Positions 24,933 through 38,662 of a DNA stretch of 64,000 bases are shown in pieces (the first letter of the stretch is position 1; every line of letters begins with the position of its first letter). Origin of the DNA: Pelomyxa schiedti (lineage: Eukaryota; Protista; Evosea); the NCBI GenBank assembly GCA_020536535.1, contig JAHLWZ010000861.1, forward strand, positions 1-64,000, read 5' to 3'. Below the pieces are notes generated by a model. It did not search any database and was not told the origin of the DNA. It was given only the letters and a program-made list of their open reading frames with translations. Position numbers and translations under genes: made by a program.

Positions 24933-27900
24933 CCCTTGGGAGGGCGTTTTCTGTTTCCCCAAGATACCCGACACGCGCCTTTTACCTGTTTTTTTTTTTT
25001 TCCCCGGCAGGAGACAAGCCAACGAGTGGCTGGTTGGGTTCCGGTCGCAGGCGTGCGCGTGGGACGTGAGCGTGAGGCTGCTGCACCACGCGGACGAGTG
25101 GGCCCAGCACTTTGGTGCGTCGACGCTGCAGCACAAGCTGGAGACAGAGTGGGCCGCGATACCAGGCGCCTCGCGGGCCTCGTTGATCGCCACGTTGGCC
25201 ACCAATTTGCAAGTGATCTCGGAGGGTACTTTTTTTCGAATCTTGGATTTGTTGTGTATGTTAACATGACAATTGATTGAAATAGAAAGGGCTTCTAGGG
25301 CTGTGATCACGAGGCTCAGTGTGGCACTGGGCACCGCCCTGTTGTTAAGCATATCAGAACAACCCAGCGTTGATGGTGACACTACTATTGTGCAAATGTT
25401 GCAACAATCCTCTGTCACGACACTTTTCACGGATTTAATGACCCTCACAAGTAAGTTCCTGGAAATTCCTTATTATTTTGAATAAAAATAATAATTATTT
25501 TTTTTTACCTGTTCCTCCTCACGCGGTAGCAAGGTCTCCCCGAGCTTCTCAATTCGTTGACCCAGTTAAGTGAACAAAAACGCCTACTTGCTGAACGCCA
25601 CTTGTGTCACAACGCACATCAAGTACTTTCCTTCATTCAGTTCTGGTTCTCAAACATGAATTCTTGCTCTCAACCTCAAGTTTTACTATCGCACCTATTG
25701 AAGTATATCCCATCCTCCAATAAAACAACCACAATACTGAGCCTCCACAAGATGTGTATTAAGTTGGGTGAAGCTTCCTGTGTCATTTCAGGTTCCGCTG
25801 TTGTATACTTATATAAAGGAATTTGAACAGTGTGCAGGTTGTTAGCGCCTCTGGAACATTAGATTTCTTGTACCACTGTTTGGGAGAACCCACGCTATTT
25901 ATCAGTGCATGTGAAGTATGTAAGTAGTCTATGTTTGTGAATTGTAATCACTCACTAGAACTAGGCATTGTCAGAGGTTGTGGAGTTTCAAAACCAGATT
26001 CACCAGTATCCCATCATTGCCACATCAATTATTACTCGTATGGTTAACATGCGGGAAAGCCTGTTGCAACCCGTTGCAGCAATTGGTGTGATCAACATCG
26101 ATAAGACGAGCAATAGAGCAGGGTCTGGTACTACACGATGTTGCGTGTGTTCAAAGCGTTCCAGTGGGAGTATAATTGGCGGCGGTGTTGACACAACTAG
26201 TCACCCAGCTATAGCTGTTTCTCAAATGCTAGGCACCCTCGGAAGTAACCAGGCCAGCTTAATATTATCCAGCAGTGTGGGAGGACATTTCTTTGACATG
26301 ATAATGTATTGCGCGTCTTGCAGCTTCTGGAAAGTGGTGGAGACAACATTTTCCTTTTGGCAGGAGCTGCAGATTATTGCAATGGGAACTGATGCATGTG
26401 ATGGAGCTTGGATAGGCGATGATTCTGAGGAGAAGGAAGAGGAGTCTGACAACGAAACCCGTGCTGTTGTCATAAGACTATTTGGTCAGAAGCTTCAGAC
26501 ACTTGTATCGATTCTTTTTAAACAGTGCATTTTTCCCTGCTACGTAGAATCTGAGTGGGATGACGAAGGCTTTGAAGTTTTTGAGACTTTCAGATCCCAA
26601 GTTGGGACTACACTTTTATATTTGCACAGCATACTTGGTTCTGTTGTACCTTCAGAGATTGCCAAGTTCAATGTTGATCCTGCAGAAACATGCTGCTGCG
26701 ACTTCACTCAAATTTCAACCTGTAAATGCGGTGGTTCTTGGAGGTGCTATGAGGCAAAATTTTACTGCTTGAGTTCTATTGCTGAAGGATTATCCAAAAA
26801 TGAAGCCGAGCAATTGTTGCCCGTTCTTTTTCAGTGTATTGAACAACTTTTTTCTCCGCAGTCATATACTGCAGTTCCTCCTCTTCTTATCAGGAGTATT
26901 GTCAATTTTGTGTCTGCCTATTCCATGTGGTTGAGCTATATCCCTCAAGCTGTTCTATACAGTGTAGGAGTACTGTTGAAGATTCTACAAAACGGAGGCA
27001 CTGTTCCATTTTGGGGAAGTTTACCTCAACTGGCAGCTGATACCCTCTCACTACTTGTATCTCGTAAAGAAAATGCACGTGCTGTGGCAAGTCAATTGAA
27101 AAACTTTACAGATTCGTGCCTTGCAGCACTCAATTCACATACACAACAGTCTACAAGTTACCAGCTCCGTTCATCAGTAATGAATTCAATTTGCAGAGCG
27201 GTCAGGGAGCTTCCACCCTCCAGCCCTTTGTGCATTGAATATGTGAGCTACCTCTTCGAGCCACTTATCAAGGAACTTGAATCACTAAAACAGTCAATTT
27301 CCACAACATCTTCTGAGACTACCAACGTAAATCTTCTCCTTCAGCACCAACTGATTGTTATGAACTTGGTAACGAACGGATTTAAGCTACTTGATTGGAC
27401 TCAAGAAGAATTGTTGTCTACCCCGTGTCCTATTCAACACCCGCTATTATCGTACTTTGAGCGTACATACACAGGAGTGTTTGAATTTGTGAAAGTTGTG
27501 GGTCTTTCCAGCCCTTTAGCCGAAGAGGTGAGGAAAGGAATGGCATCTTTTTTTAGGCACTCTTTGCTGTGTTTGTCAGAAAGCAGTATAGCTTCTCTCC
27601 ATCACGTCATAGAATGTCTGCTTTGGATCTTTGAAAATACCCTTGATAGTTCAGCTCTGAGCCCACTGGGTGTGGCAGCTGGAATTCTCAAGGAATCGAA
27701 GATGAAAAAATGGTTTGCTTTATTGCAAAAGCAACCGGACCCACAGCAAATTAACTATGCGCGACAATGCTTTTCTATCACAATGGAGAGAGTTACAGCA
27801 GTTTACTGTAAACTCCTTATTAATGGTAGTTTTCCACATGACCACCCTCAGGATGTAAAGGAGGTCATGTCACTGGGCTCTCAGGTAGTATTATTATTAT

Positions 27901-28618
27901 GTTTGTTTTATCCTCATTTCAGTCTTAGATAGTTTCGTGCCAGCCGGCAGCCTGCTTTGGTGGTATTAGCATCCACCATTTTTTTGAAGCTGCTCTTCGC
28001 TCAATCACCGCCACACAAGCGGCTGCTGTTACAAGTGTCTTTAAGTGAGCCGGATCAATCAAGTTTAAGTTAACTCCGCACAGATTCCTGGGTCTGTTTG
28101 TGAACCATGCGAAAATCTTTATGGATGGGGCTTGCCTCTCTACCTTACTCATTCCTCACGGAGTTGAACTAGCAACCATGCTAGTTTCCACTACCTCCGG
28201 ATCACTGCCAAGGAGTTTTGCTCCCCAAGTATTTTTCCGCTAGATTCTTATCCAGTTTAACTTACATCACCACAGATAACCTCCGTTTTCATTGAACTTG
28301 TGCGGTATGCACGCCTTTTTTTTTTTCTTTCTTTAATTCCTTTTCTTTCTGCTCCCTCACATAAAATACCCACATTGCAGGGCTGTACCTAATGAGTTCC
28401 GCGGGTGGTTGCAGACAGTTCTATCACCCCCTGACTTCCCGTACCCCCACATCACACCCGCTCACAAAGTGCAGTTCATTACCAGGTACCCCCCTACACC
28501 TTTTCTCCTTTTGCCTCACTTATTCCTTCATAGTGTATTCACCTCCGCTCCGCGTAGTTCCCAGTCCCTGCAGTCCGTTATTGAGCAGTTCTATTGCCTA
28601 TGCCGGCAAATACCATGA
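24783..28618 (+). CDS. Importin-beta family karyopherin, importin-13/transportin-3-like
   Basis: N-terminal ANEWLVGFRSQACAWDVSVRLL...FGASTL, VITRLSVALG, W...EAKFYCLSSIAE, and C-terminal WLQTVL...FP...K..F and FYCLCR. A 654-aa helical exon lies in the middle. Confidence 0.8.
24898..24927 (+). repeat. Poly-C homopolymer (30 nt) in the first intron of the karyopherin gene
   Basis: Counted directly in the sequence. Confidence 0.9.
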
Positions 28619-28904
28619 ACAAAAAAGGAAGCCCTGTTTCGGCATTGCAAAGAAGACAAGGAGAAAAAAAAAAAATCCTCTTTCTATTTTGTTTCTACTG
28701 GTACACAGAAAACTGTTAATCAGTCTTCTGGGTTGTACCTCTTGTTTTTGTTTGGGGTTTTTCCTTTTTTTTTTTTTTATTTATTTGTATTTTGGTGTGT
28801 TATTCTACAGGAGTTATGATGGATTGTGCTAGCTATTTGGGTGAATTGTGTGGGTACCCACACAGATATTGCCGTAATCCGTAATTGTACAAGGTGCAAA
28901 TGAA

Positions 28905-30293
28905 TCACTGGTCATCCCCGAGGTATTCATCCTCGTCGCCGTCAGAGGGACAGTAGTCGCTGGTCTTTCCGTGTAGGCCAAATGATGCGCTCAGATTCAA
29001 TGACGGCGAGGCGGAGACTTCACTGCTGCCGATGAGGTCGTTGTGTACTCCGCCGGCTGTTGTATCACCCGCGGCCGCAGGAGTATTCCGGGTTCTAAGA
29101 GTCATAACAAATCCAGGCAAGTTTGTGTGGCCCAGCTCCAGTGCGAGCTGGAAGCAGTTCTGGCCGTCGTTGTTGACAATCTGGGGGCTCGCACCGCACG
29201 CTAAAAGCATTCGTGATGTGTGGAGTGAGCAGTCTTCCCGCACACCCCAATGAAGCGGTGTATCGCCGTTTTCGTCCTGGGAAGTTGAAGTTAGCTCAGG
29301 ACAAAAGGGGTAAAAAGGTACCTGCGCATTTATGAATGCGCCGTTTTGCAGAAGCATTTTAATAATGTTCTCGTTTCTGTTTGCGGCCGCGATGTGAAGA
29401 GGGGTAACGCCATCTATGTTGGGAATATTTGGGTCTGCACCTGCCGCCAATAGCATGGCACAAACGTCAACATTACTGAAGGTGCATGCGGTAAGGAGGG
29501 GAGTGTTGCCAATATAATTTTGTCTATTCACCTCATGATGGGAAGGCCAATTCGTTCTGTCAGAAGTGGCGAAGGTTTGAGTTTGGTGTTCTGGATAGGT
29601 GTTGAGAGTCATGTTTTGTATATCAGGGAGGATGCTGTTGAGGTTTGTTGGAAGCTCGGTGGGTGCAAAGGAATTTCCTGTTACTTGCTGTAGAATCTTG
29701 GTCACAGCAGCGTTGTCGCCTCTTGTGATAGAGGAAATTAGCGCTGTATCTCCCTCTGGCCCAATTCTAGTTGTACTCTCAGAAGCGTTGAGAATAGCCT
29801 CTTTTCCTGGTGTTAAAGCATCATAAGAAAAAGAGCCGGCTACCTTCAGTCTGCGGTCTTGAGGAGGGGAGAAATTCTACTGTGACTGGCTCTTCTTGGA
29901 CGAATGAATCTTTCCGTGGCGAATTGTACGTAAGTTGGCTTCCCAGTAATATGGATGCCAAACTAGGGGTGCTTTGTAGTCTTGGGGCTTCTTTAGCCGG
30001 TGTGCAGGAAACACCTTGGCTGATTGAGAACGTTTTGAATGTTGGTTACTTAATAAGAATAAGAGGCAAACCTGTAAACTTCATAGGGGTGCCTGCAAGG
30101 AAAAAAGAGCCTGCAGAGGCACATCAGCTATGAAGAAAGACACGTGTTGGAACATACCGGGATCATGTGGCTGAGAGAAAAACCGTGGGTCGACCCGCTG
30201 AAACGCAAACGAGTCGCCGAAACTGGACGAAGTCGGTTGATTCGCAACCAGCATCGTCTTCGTACTTGTGGGACGCTCGGCTCCGACTTTCAC
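28905..30293 (-). CDS. Ankyrin-repeat protein (5' exons uncertain)
   Basis: Repeats GDTALISSI, GNTPLLTAC, GVTPLHIAA, GDTPLHWGV and GQNCFQLAL. Confidence 0.75.
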
Positions 30294-31019
30294 TCAAAAA
30301 TGAGGGTTGTGCGGTTGTAATGGGGGAAAAAAAAAACAAAGAGGACGCCGGTGAGAAGTCCGTGTGAGACACGGGTGTTGTTGGGAGATCTGGTGTCGTT
30401 GTTCCGGTGGCAGGGGGTGTGTTGGTGTCGCGTGTGGGGGTTGAAGCCCTTTTTTTTAAGTTTCTCTTGCTGTAAATCTCTGGTTTTTCTCTTGCCGCGA
30501 CATTCTGGTTAGGATCAAGTTAGAAATTGTGAGAAATTAACAAGAAGACCTTTGAAGGCTGTACAGATCAAATCAACAGGCAACTGCTGCCTCTGGGGAT
30601 GTAAATGGAAGGTAGTTTTGTTGATACATCAGTGTACCTTTTCACAACAATTTCTCTTTCTGAGACTTCAGGCTGATTCACACTGATGGCCCAATGGTAT
30701 CTACAGCCACTAGAAGAGGAGGGCGTGCCGATTAAGCTTACACAAAACTGAAGTTCCTCATGATGGGGCTTCTCCGAAGGTTCCAATTGGTAGTGTTTAA
30801 CTAACTTCACCGGAATTTTGCACAAAAACAAACATTTACCGGCACGTTTGGGGAACAAGCGGCCACGTGATCAAGGTGTTAGGATCTAGATCCGGAACGA
30901 AACACGCGTTAGTAACGCAAGGATGAACGGTGCAAATAGAAAGGTAGTCATTGTCTTGTTGGTGCCGTGCATTTTTTTTTTACGTGTCTTCCGTTGTACG
31001 TTGCACCACTTTTTTTTTA

Positions 31020-32401
31020 TGCCCGTCGTTAAAAAGCTACCGCATTTGTAGGTAAATCGACCGCAAGTTACAAGTGCAGTGACGTCTACCGTTTCTGCCA
31101 ATAAAGTTGTTGTGCGGGTCACACAGCCCGACAACAAAGCGGCCCATGCGCCGCAGGTGGCTCGCATTGCAAAGCTCAATGCCAAGCATCACCTCATGCA
31201 GCAGAACAACAGCACCGTTAATGAAGTTGATTTTGATGATCCTCAAGCTATAAAAGGTATTTCTTTGTCCATTCCACGGTGTTTAGCCTCCGTTACAACT
31301 TTCCGTAGACTCTACAAGAGGCCCAACGAGGAAAACCCAGAGGGCGGTTTACCATGCCGTTCCTCTCAGGACAATGCACAATAAGCTTCCCCATTCTCCC
31401 GCATGCCAGCAACCTCCCGTCTTACCGGAGAAAAGAGCTGCAACGTCGAGAACACGCTCGGTTTCCCCCCCTTCCAGAGATATGACTCCTCCTCCAATTA
31501 AGCGTTGCGCAACACCGAATTGTGGTATGCTTTTTCTGCTGTTATCTAAACCAATATTTTTGCAGACAAACCTTCAAGAACCAAAAGGCCGAAAACAGAT
31601 CCAATTGTAATTAAGTGTATATACTCCTCGCTGCAATCAATGATTATACTAATATGCTTTCAGCACAACTTGCCGCTCTGCGTAATGAAAGAGAGACAAT
31701 ATCTTCTCAAATAGATGGTCTTATAAACCTTTCGCATCAACATACTCCCACCATTCTACGTCAGATCCAGAAGTTGAATGGTAATATCCTCAAACTTACA
31801 AGAAATTTCTCAAGATATTGCAGAGGATGATGAATGGTTGTTTGCAGAAAGTACTTTGCTTACCTGGATGCTGCAAGCAACACAGAGCGAGCAAGAGGAG
31901 AAGCATACCTGTAGCAACGCAGTGAACCATACAGCACCGCTTGAGCCACCTACCCCGCCTCCACCCACCACACCCCCAGCAACGCCACCAAACATCAACT
32001 CTTCTCCAATGCAGTACATCTCCGCATCCACACTCACACCACAAACATCACCTTCCTGTAGTTCAACATCCCCAACACTCACAACAACCCCTTCACCCTC
32101 CTCACCCAGTTCACCCAATACCCCAAGCGGCACCCAATTTACAACAGACTGCGACACACCCACGTCGCCGCAGCTGTGCCATACGTCATCCACAACAACC
32201 GCTACCACTACATCAATACGCCACCACACCGCCATAATACCCACGCACTTCTCCACACCCATCACGCCGCATCACAACCCCATCCTACCCCCAGTCCCCA
32301 GCATCACAGCACAGCTGGAAAACACCTGCTGTGGTGTAGTTTTGCTTCCGCCACCCCCGCCACACTGGGCAACCCAACCTCAGCCACTTACTTACTCCTA
32401 A
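31020..32401 (+). CDS. Hypothetical multi-exon protein with a coiled-coil-like middle and Thr/Pro-rich C-terminus
   Basis: Chain of plus-strand ORFs (31079, 31374, 31615, 31778) separated by GT-AG intron-like gaps. No family recognised. Confidence 0.4.
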
Positions 32402-32602
32402 GGGGGAGGTTCTCCATTCACCATCAGTCATCCAACTCCTAAATACACCACGATTTTACTTTGTGGCTAATGTGGTTGCCCTATTTAAGGTGCACACATT
32501 TATTGCAAAAAAAAAAAAAAAAAAAAAACCCAGAAAAACCAGCATTTTGGTTTAAAGTACATGTTTTTAGTTTACAGAAGACAAAGTATGGTTTTGGTTA
32601 GC

Positions 32603-33729
32603 TTAGGCTTCATCCCCAAGAATTAGTTTTGCCCTCATACCATGTCCTTGCTTGAGGCACAGTGCAGGATAAACTGTGGTACCGGGTGTGTACTTGGTGC
32701 TGTGCCCATTTATAGTCACAGTGTGAGGATCTGTGTCAAGCACAATTCGGGCAGTCTTTTCCCCCAGTGCATTAGTTTTTTGAAACAGGGGGCAGGAGCC
32801 AAAATTGTTGCCATACCTGCAATTTGTATTATGAGGAGGTTTAAAAAAAAAATGAAAAGGAAATCATACTCCGATCCCTTGCCGAGCTCAACTTCAGATA
32901 GATAAGTTATTCCGGCACCATGGTAGGTCATTTCCTGTACCCATTCGACTCTCCACTTGTGGATTCCGCGACTGGAAGGGAAGCCACGCGTGCCAATAAG
33001 AACAGGCATGGAGCAGGTACCAGAGTCATGGTACCCATCGGTGACCACTGTGTTACCTTCTTCCAGGAGATAATGGCAGTACTTCCCATTGAATACCGGG
33101 TCCCAGGTCCAGCTTTGCAGAGGTTCCTAAGTGGCGCAGTTACATTAGTCAACCCCCTGAAATCCTGGGTTGTCATACCGGAGCATTCACTTGAGTCTTG
33201 AAGTGTAAAAACAACTTTGTTTCATCTGGTATACAGTCAGGATCAAATGCCACCACCACTCCATCGCCATCAAGAAAGCTAGCACTCTGCCATGAGAATA
33301 AAATGTCTCAATAACAAATAAACAGATAATAAAAAAAAAAAAAAAAAGGATCTAGCAAAAAGTGGAATAGCTATTCACTGTGTGTGTAATATGTGGGTTG
33401 GTAACCAACAAGCCCAATGGCACAAAAACAACACAAATAACACAAATAACACGCACCGAGTGTAACTTGTCATAGTCTATTCCGAATTCGGCAAACACGG
33501 TGCGCAGTAGCACCTTGGGCTTGGTGCCAGGGTACACCCGCACCCTCTGCTTGGCGCCCCCGTGATAAAACACAATCACCTTCCCCACTTCCGCATTATG
33601 GGCGCTGCTGGCCGTCACTGCCCTGGACGCCGCCGTCGACGACGACGCGGGTGCCTGCCTCGACGCGGTTGTTGTTGTTGTTGGCGCAGCGGGTGGGGGC
33701 GGTGCCGACGACGAGGACGTGATACCCAT
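32603..33729 (-). CDS. Ubiquitin-like domain plus B30.2/SPRY domain protein (may be the 3' part of a longer gene)
   Basis: KVIVFYHGGAKQRVRV...LLRTVFAEFGI is beta-grasp-like. WTWDP...LLEEGNTVV, VLIGTRGF...GIHKWRVEW and TVYPALCL fit PRY-SPRY. Confidence 0.6.
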
Positions 33730-33759
33730 TGGGCCAACACAAATTCTTGTTTCTCAAAT

Positions 33760-35053
33760 TTACAAGTTGGGTGCTGTGAATGTCAGGGGGTACTGATCAC
33801 GGAAGGGCGGGCTACTTGTGGTTGCTGTTGCTGTTGCTGTTGCTGTTGCGGTTGCGGTTGCGGTTGCGGTTGCGGTTGCGGTTGCGGTTGCGGCTGTGGG
33901 TGCGGCTGTGGGCGCGTTTGTGTGTGCGGCTGTGGGCGGGGTTGTGAGTGCGGCTGTGGTTGTGAGTGTGTGTCTGAGTGCGGTTGCGATTGCGTCTGTG
34001 TCGGTGGAAGTATTAAACCAAGCGCCTGCCCGTTGCCCGGCGGCGCCGCTGCTGCTGCTGATAATGATAGAGAGGTATAGCAGAGCGGCAGTGGAAAAGA
34101 GCGCAGGTTTCTGGAAGGTTGTGAGTGTGTAATCAGTCTCGAAGGCTGGGATTACCTCCACAAAGTCTTGCCAGGGTGATGACTCAGTGTAAGGGTGTTG
34201 GCATGGGATGATGACAGTGTTAACAACAGATGGATTCGGGGGCACTGTTCCTTCATGCAACAAGGCAGAAAGGCTGTGCGGAAAGTCGCAGGCAACGGGG
34301 TCTTCAGGTCCTCCTAAGTTGAGTTAAGTAACCCATCAAATAAAAAGATCTATACCTCCTCCACGATAAATATTTTGGAGCTCGCCCGCCACTTGGACAG
34401 TGTACTCTGCACACAAGAGGGATCAGTGCCAAGGGCTGAGATAACTGCAGTTAGGTAATTTGTTAAGAGAGTTCATATGCTTACCTATAAGATAGGGTGT
34501 GCAGACCCACAGCTCTTTCCAGCGAACAATTATCCTAAGTTTCAGCTCCAGGGATTCCACGACAGATTCATTTACCAGGCGTATCTCCATGGCAGAGGGA
34601 TCGTTAGACTGCTCTGTGAGTGGAATTACCATTTGAAAGAAAAGTGTAAACAAACCGAATGAAACATAGAAGCCATTAACAAGGAGCATAGGCGAGATGA
34701 GTGTCCATGGGAATGCGGAAAAATATACAGCAACTTTACCGCATCCCAGTGCATAATTAGTGACACAAGGATAGCGCCTAGGGTATACACCCGGATAGGA
34801 GTCTTCAATAATACATCCCAGCTCAATCAAGGTGTATGGGAGGAAAAATAAAAGGCTAGGCAATTGCAACACTTGTAGGTCAGGCTCATTTTCCCGGGAC
34901 CACCCGGTCCGCTGCAGCGTTTCCACGATTCCGAGTTTATGTGCTCTATGGGAGACAGAAAATTAATTTAATTTAAAATAATCGCGAAGGAGATAGATAA
35001 AACGAGTAAGACAAAGGGGAGCCGATAGAAAAGACGTACGACATTAATGCTGC
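33760..35053 (-). CDS. Hypothetical multi-exon protein (possibly upstream exons of the UBL-SPRY gene)
   Basis: A plausible spliced start MS|AHKLGIVETLQRTGW runs into ORF 34423-34926 and then ORF 33760-34263. No family recognised. Confidence 0.35.
33845..33892 (+). repeat. (GTTGCG)n hexamer repeat, about 8 units
   Basis: Seen directly in the sequence. Confidence 0.85.
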
Positions 35054-35735
35054 GATTGTTGTTCCCAACAGATTTGTACACAATTTTTTTTTTTTTTCAC
35101 TTTTGTTGGAAAATCAAGGTTCGTGGAAGTCGGAGCCGTTGGAGGGCTTCTCCCCCACCCACCCACCAAAACTGTTGATTGCCCCAAAACAACGATCTTC
35201 CCACATTCACCATCTCGTAATCTACTTGAGTCTGGCGGGCTCCTAACTCACTGGTCGAAATTTTGTATTTATTTATGAAAACCACTGCCAGTTTATGAAG
35301 CTCAACCCCAAAGCACGAGATCTGAGGTCGAGGGCAGGAGTAGCCCAACTTGCTCACCAAAGTTAGGCAGTACCGAAAAAGGAAGCGAACATCTCCTACT
35401 CTGTTCAAGTTTTTGTTTCGGGCTGACCGAAGTGGATTGTGGGTGAAACGACACATCACCCCAACTGGCCCACAATGAGTTGTCACAGGCCAGCCGACGA
35501 CGGAAAACATCCGTCAGTAAACCCTTGTAAGGCCTGTCTATTATGTACGTCACGTAAAAATTGTGATGACACCGGCTAATTGTGCCAACAAAATCAATAA
35601 ATTAAACATCGCGTCGCGCACGCGGGTCGGCAGTGGGATCTTGCGTTTGTATCGCTTTTTGGTGGCCGTGATAGGACTAGATACGCGTTACAAGGGGGCG
35701 CAGGAAGCGACGTCGCACGATTTATTCCCGCGAAG

Positions 35736-38514
35736 ATGAATAAATACCGTCAAACCAAGCAATTGGGAGATGGCACCTACGGCACCGTCACTAAGGCTGT
35801 AAATAGAGCCACTGGCGAAATTGTGTGTTTTTCTTTGGTGTTTTTTGTGCGTTGACATTAAATTTTAGGTGGCAATAAAAAAGCTCAAGAAAAAGTTTCG
35901 TTCTTGGGCCGACTGCATTGCATTGCGTGAAGTCAAGGTGAAAATTGGCATTCCTCATTATCATTACCTTACAACTGAAACTTTGGTAGTCTTTGAACAA
36001 TCTGAGGCACCCAAATATTGTAAGATTGATAGAGTTAATAAGGTTCGGAAACAGAAGTGGGAAGTTTTCGTGCCAACCAACGTAGGGAGAACGACGACGT
36101 CTATTTTGTATTCGAATTTATGCATTCCAATCTCTATGAAGCGATGAAAGATAGAGAAAAGTATTTTCCCGAGGGGAAAATACGGAACATTATTTATCAA
36201 GTACTGCAAGGTCTGCACTTTATGCACAATAGAGGGTACTCCACCCACTATTTAGCAGTCAAATGTTAATAAACCTAGATATTTTCACCGGGATATGAAA
36301 CCAGGTTAGTTCTCGTACATATCTTCTTCCCGATCTAAAAGGAAAAGAAAATCTCCTGGTCACGAAGGACACAACAAAAATTGCTGACTTTGGTAAGCTT
36401 GCAAATTTCACTGTGGTATTACTCATTGAGTAAGGTCTTGCGCGAGAAATAAGATCTAAGCCGCCCTACACTGACTATGTCTCTACGAGATGGTAACACA
36501 CAATAGCGTATTAATTGAAGTGACCTCACCTAGGTACAGAGCTCCTGAAATTCTGCTCCGAAATGTCAGCTATTCCGCTGCAGTTGACATATGGGCGGTT
36601 GGTGGTATGTTTGATTGTATTCCTTTGTAATTTTCACAACCATTTAGCAATTATGGCGGAGCTTTATATGCTTCGCCCCCTATTCCCAGGGGCATCTGAA
36701 CCTGATGAAATATATAAAGTAGAAGAAGGAATGTAATATTTTTTTCGTTAACCCCACACAAAGATATGTAGCATTCTCGGAACGCCAACTCAAGTCACGT
36801 GGCCAGAAGGCCTGAAACTCGCCGCGGCGATGAACTACAAGTTTCCACAAGTATTTTGACCTGAATTGCTTTCATTCATCTCATAGACTTAGTTTAGTGG
36901 AATGCCGTTGACTTCTTTAATTCCAAGTGCTTCTCCTGAGGCAATAGACCTAATGTCGCAGTTAATGAAAGTATGAATGAATGTATAGAATCCGACGCTA
37001 ATTCGTGTACCAGTATGATCCAAGTAAAAGATTGACAGCTTCTCAAGCCTTAAGTCATCCATATTTTTGTAAAATGCCTGTGATATCGCCTGCTTCACGG
37101 GTCCTAATCTCAACTTCACTGACACTTTCTGGTAAATCTCCTATCCTGCCTCAACTAAACTTATCTCTAGCAAAATTACGGGAAGAGTCATACAAAAGAA
37201 AAAAAGCTCGGAATGCAAATGGCGATAGCTCACCAACAACCTCCCCAAAGGGCGAGTCTCTGTTGTATTCTTCCACATCACCAAAGCAAAGAAACGCAAC
37301 TCTTGCACACAACCCATTTCTGCGAAAGGGCCGCTATACCCCCGGATCCGCATTCAACTTTGGAAGCTCTGGTGTGTAAAACTAAAGTTCTCTAAAGATG
37401 TCCTCATTCTACATCAGATATCAGTGTTATACAAGAAAAATATCATTCTCTAGATAAATCGAAACTTTTTTGTAATGGGTACATCCCCACCTCCATGTTG
37501 TCTTTTGAACTTACAACCCCAAAAGACTAAATGCCCGCGCAGCGCTCGCAGCTGATTTGTACCAATTATCACCAACCAACTCGGCATCCCCTAGAGGCTC
37601 TAGATCCCCTTCACCAATCAATTCCCCAAACATGGTTTCACTCCCGAATATTCCCAACACTCTCGCCCCCCCGGTGAAAGCTGGTCCTTACAGTACGACA
37701 CATCTACCAGTACACCCAAAATCCAAGACAGGTTTCCTCCTTATTTAGATTGAGCACCCTTTTTATTTTACCCCTGGATAGATACGGGAACAGGAACTTC
37801 GAACTCCTCGGCTCACCATACCCATAGCTCCAGTCAACCACTGCACATATCCGGGCCAACCAATACGCATCAAAAGCCAGTGCCACCCCCACTATCCTTA
37901 TCTTCGTCTCCAACTTCATCAATTCTATACAGCAGCAGTACAACCACAGCCATCCCGGTTGTATCATTAACCTCACCTCCATCGCCACCAGTTTCGTTAT
38001 ACGGAACCTCGCCTTCATCCACATCAGCAACAGGCTATGGAACTTCACCCTCGTCGTCCACCATGTACGGATCCTCGCCAACGTCACCACTCAGTCTTCA
38101 CCACAGCTCAAGCGGATCACTCCCTCAACTAAGCCCGCCCTCATACCCCTCGCAATCACAACCAGTCTCCCCCAAGTACTCACAGAACAAATCATACACC
38201 TACCTGCCCGCATCCCTTTACCCATACCAATCAAAACACCAACAACACAACAAACAACCTCCAAGCACCACCACACTACTGGAAGCTCCGGCAACACTCT
38301 TCCCCACTCCGAACTCAAACATGAAATACTCCCTCCCTTCCCTCCGCAACCTCGGCAGCTCACACACCTGTACCACCACCACTACACAGTTCCTTGGCTC
38401 CACAATAACAACGCTTCCACAGGTATCAATCCCGTTTCTCTTTCACAAGCACACTAACACCGGTCACAGATTGTTGGTAACCAGGCCTTTGCTGTATCAT
38501 CACACGGGCTGTGA
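35736..38514 (+). CDS. MAK: MAK/ICK (RCK family) Ser/Thr kinase with a long Ser/Pro-rich C-terminus
   Basis: [66 protein letters not shown] (TDY activation motif). Confidence 0.92.
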
Positions 38515-38662
38515 CCCACACAGTCCACCATTCACAATGAACTTTGCCGGTTTTACTGCCGCCACTCAGTATGTCTGTTGTTGATGTATAAATTAATAAA
38601 AAAGAAAAAAGAATGTATAGTTCCTGAATGTTTCTTTTTTTTGTATTTTGTATTTTGTATCA

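Noticed and set aside
30568-30858. ORF with VVKRYTDV, faintly like a PX-domain motif
   Set aside because: Only one short motif and no supporting exons could be assembled.
34760-34830. CIIEDSYPG resembling HAD-phosphatase motif IV
   Set aside because: No DxD motif I was found upstream, so the evidence is insufficient.
35097-35553. Minus-strand ORFs in the region upstream of the MAK kinase
   Set aside because: No motifs or convincing splice pattern; more likely divergent promoter/UTR sequence.
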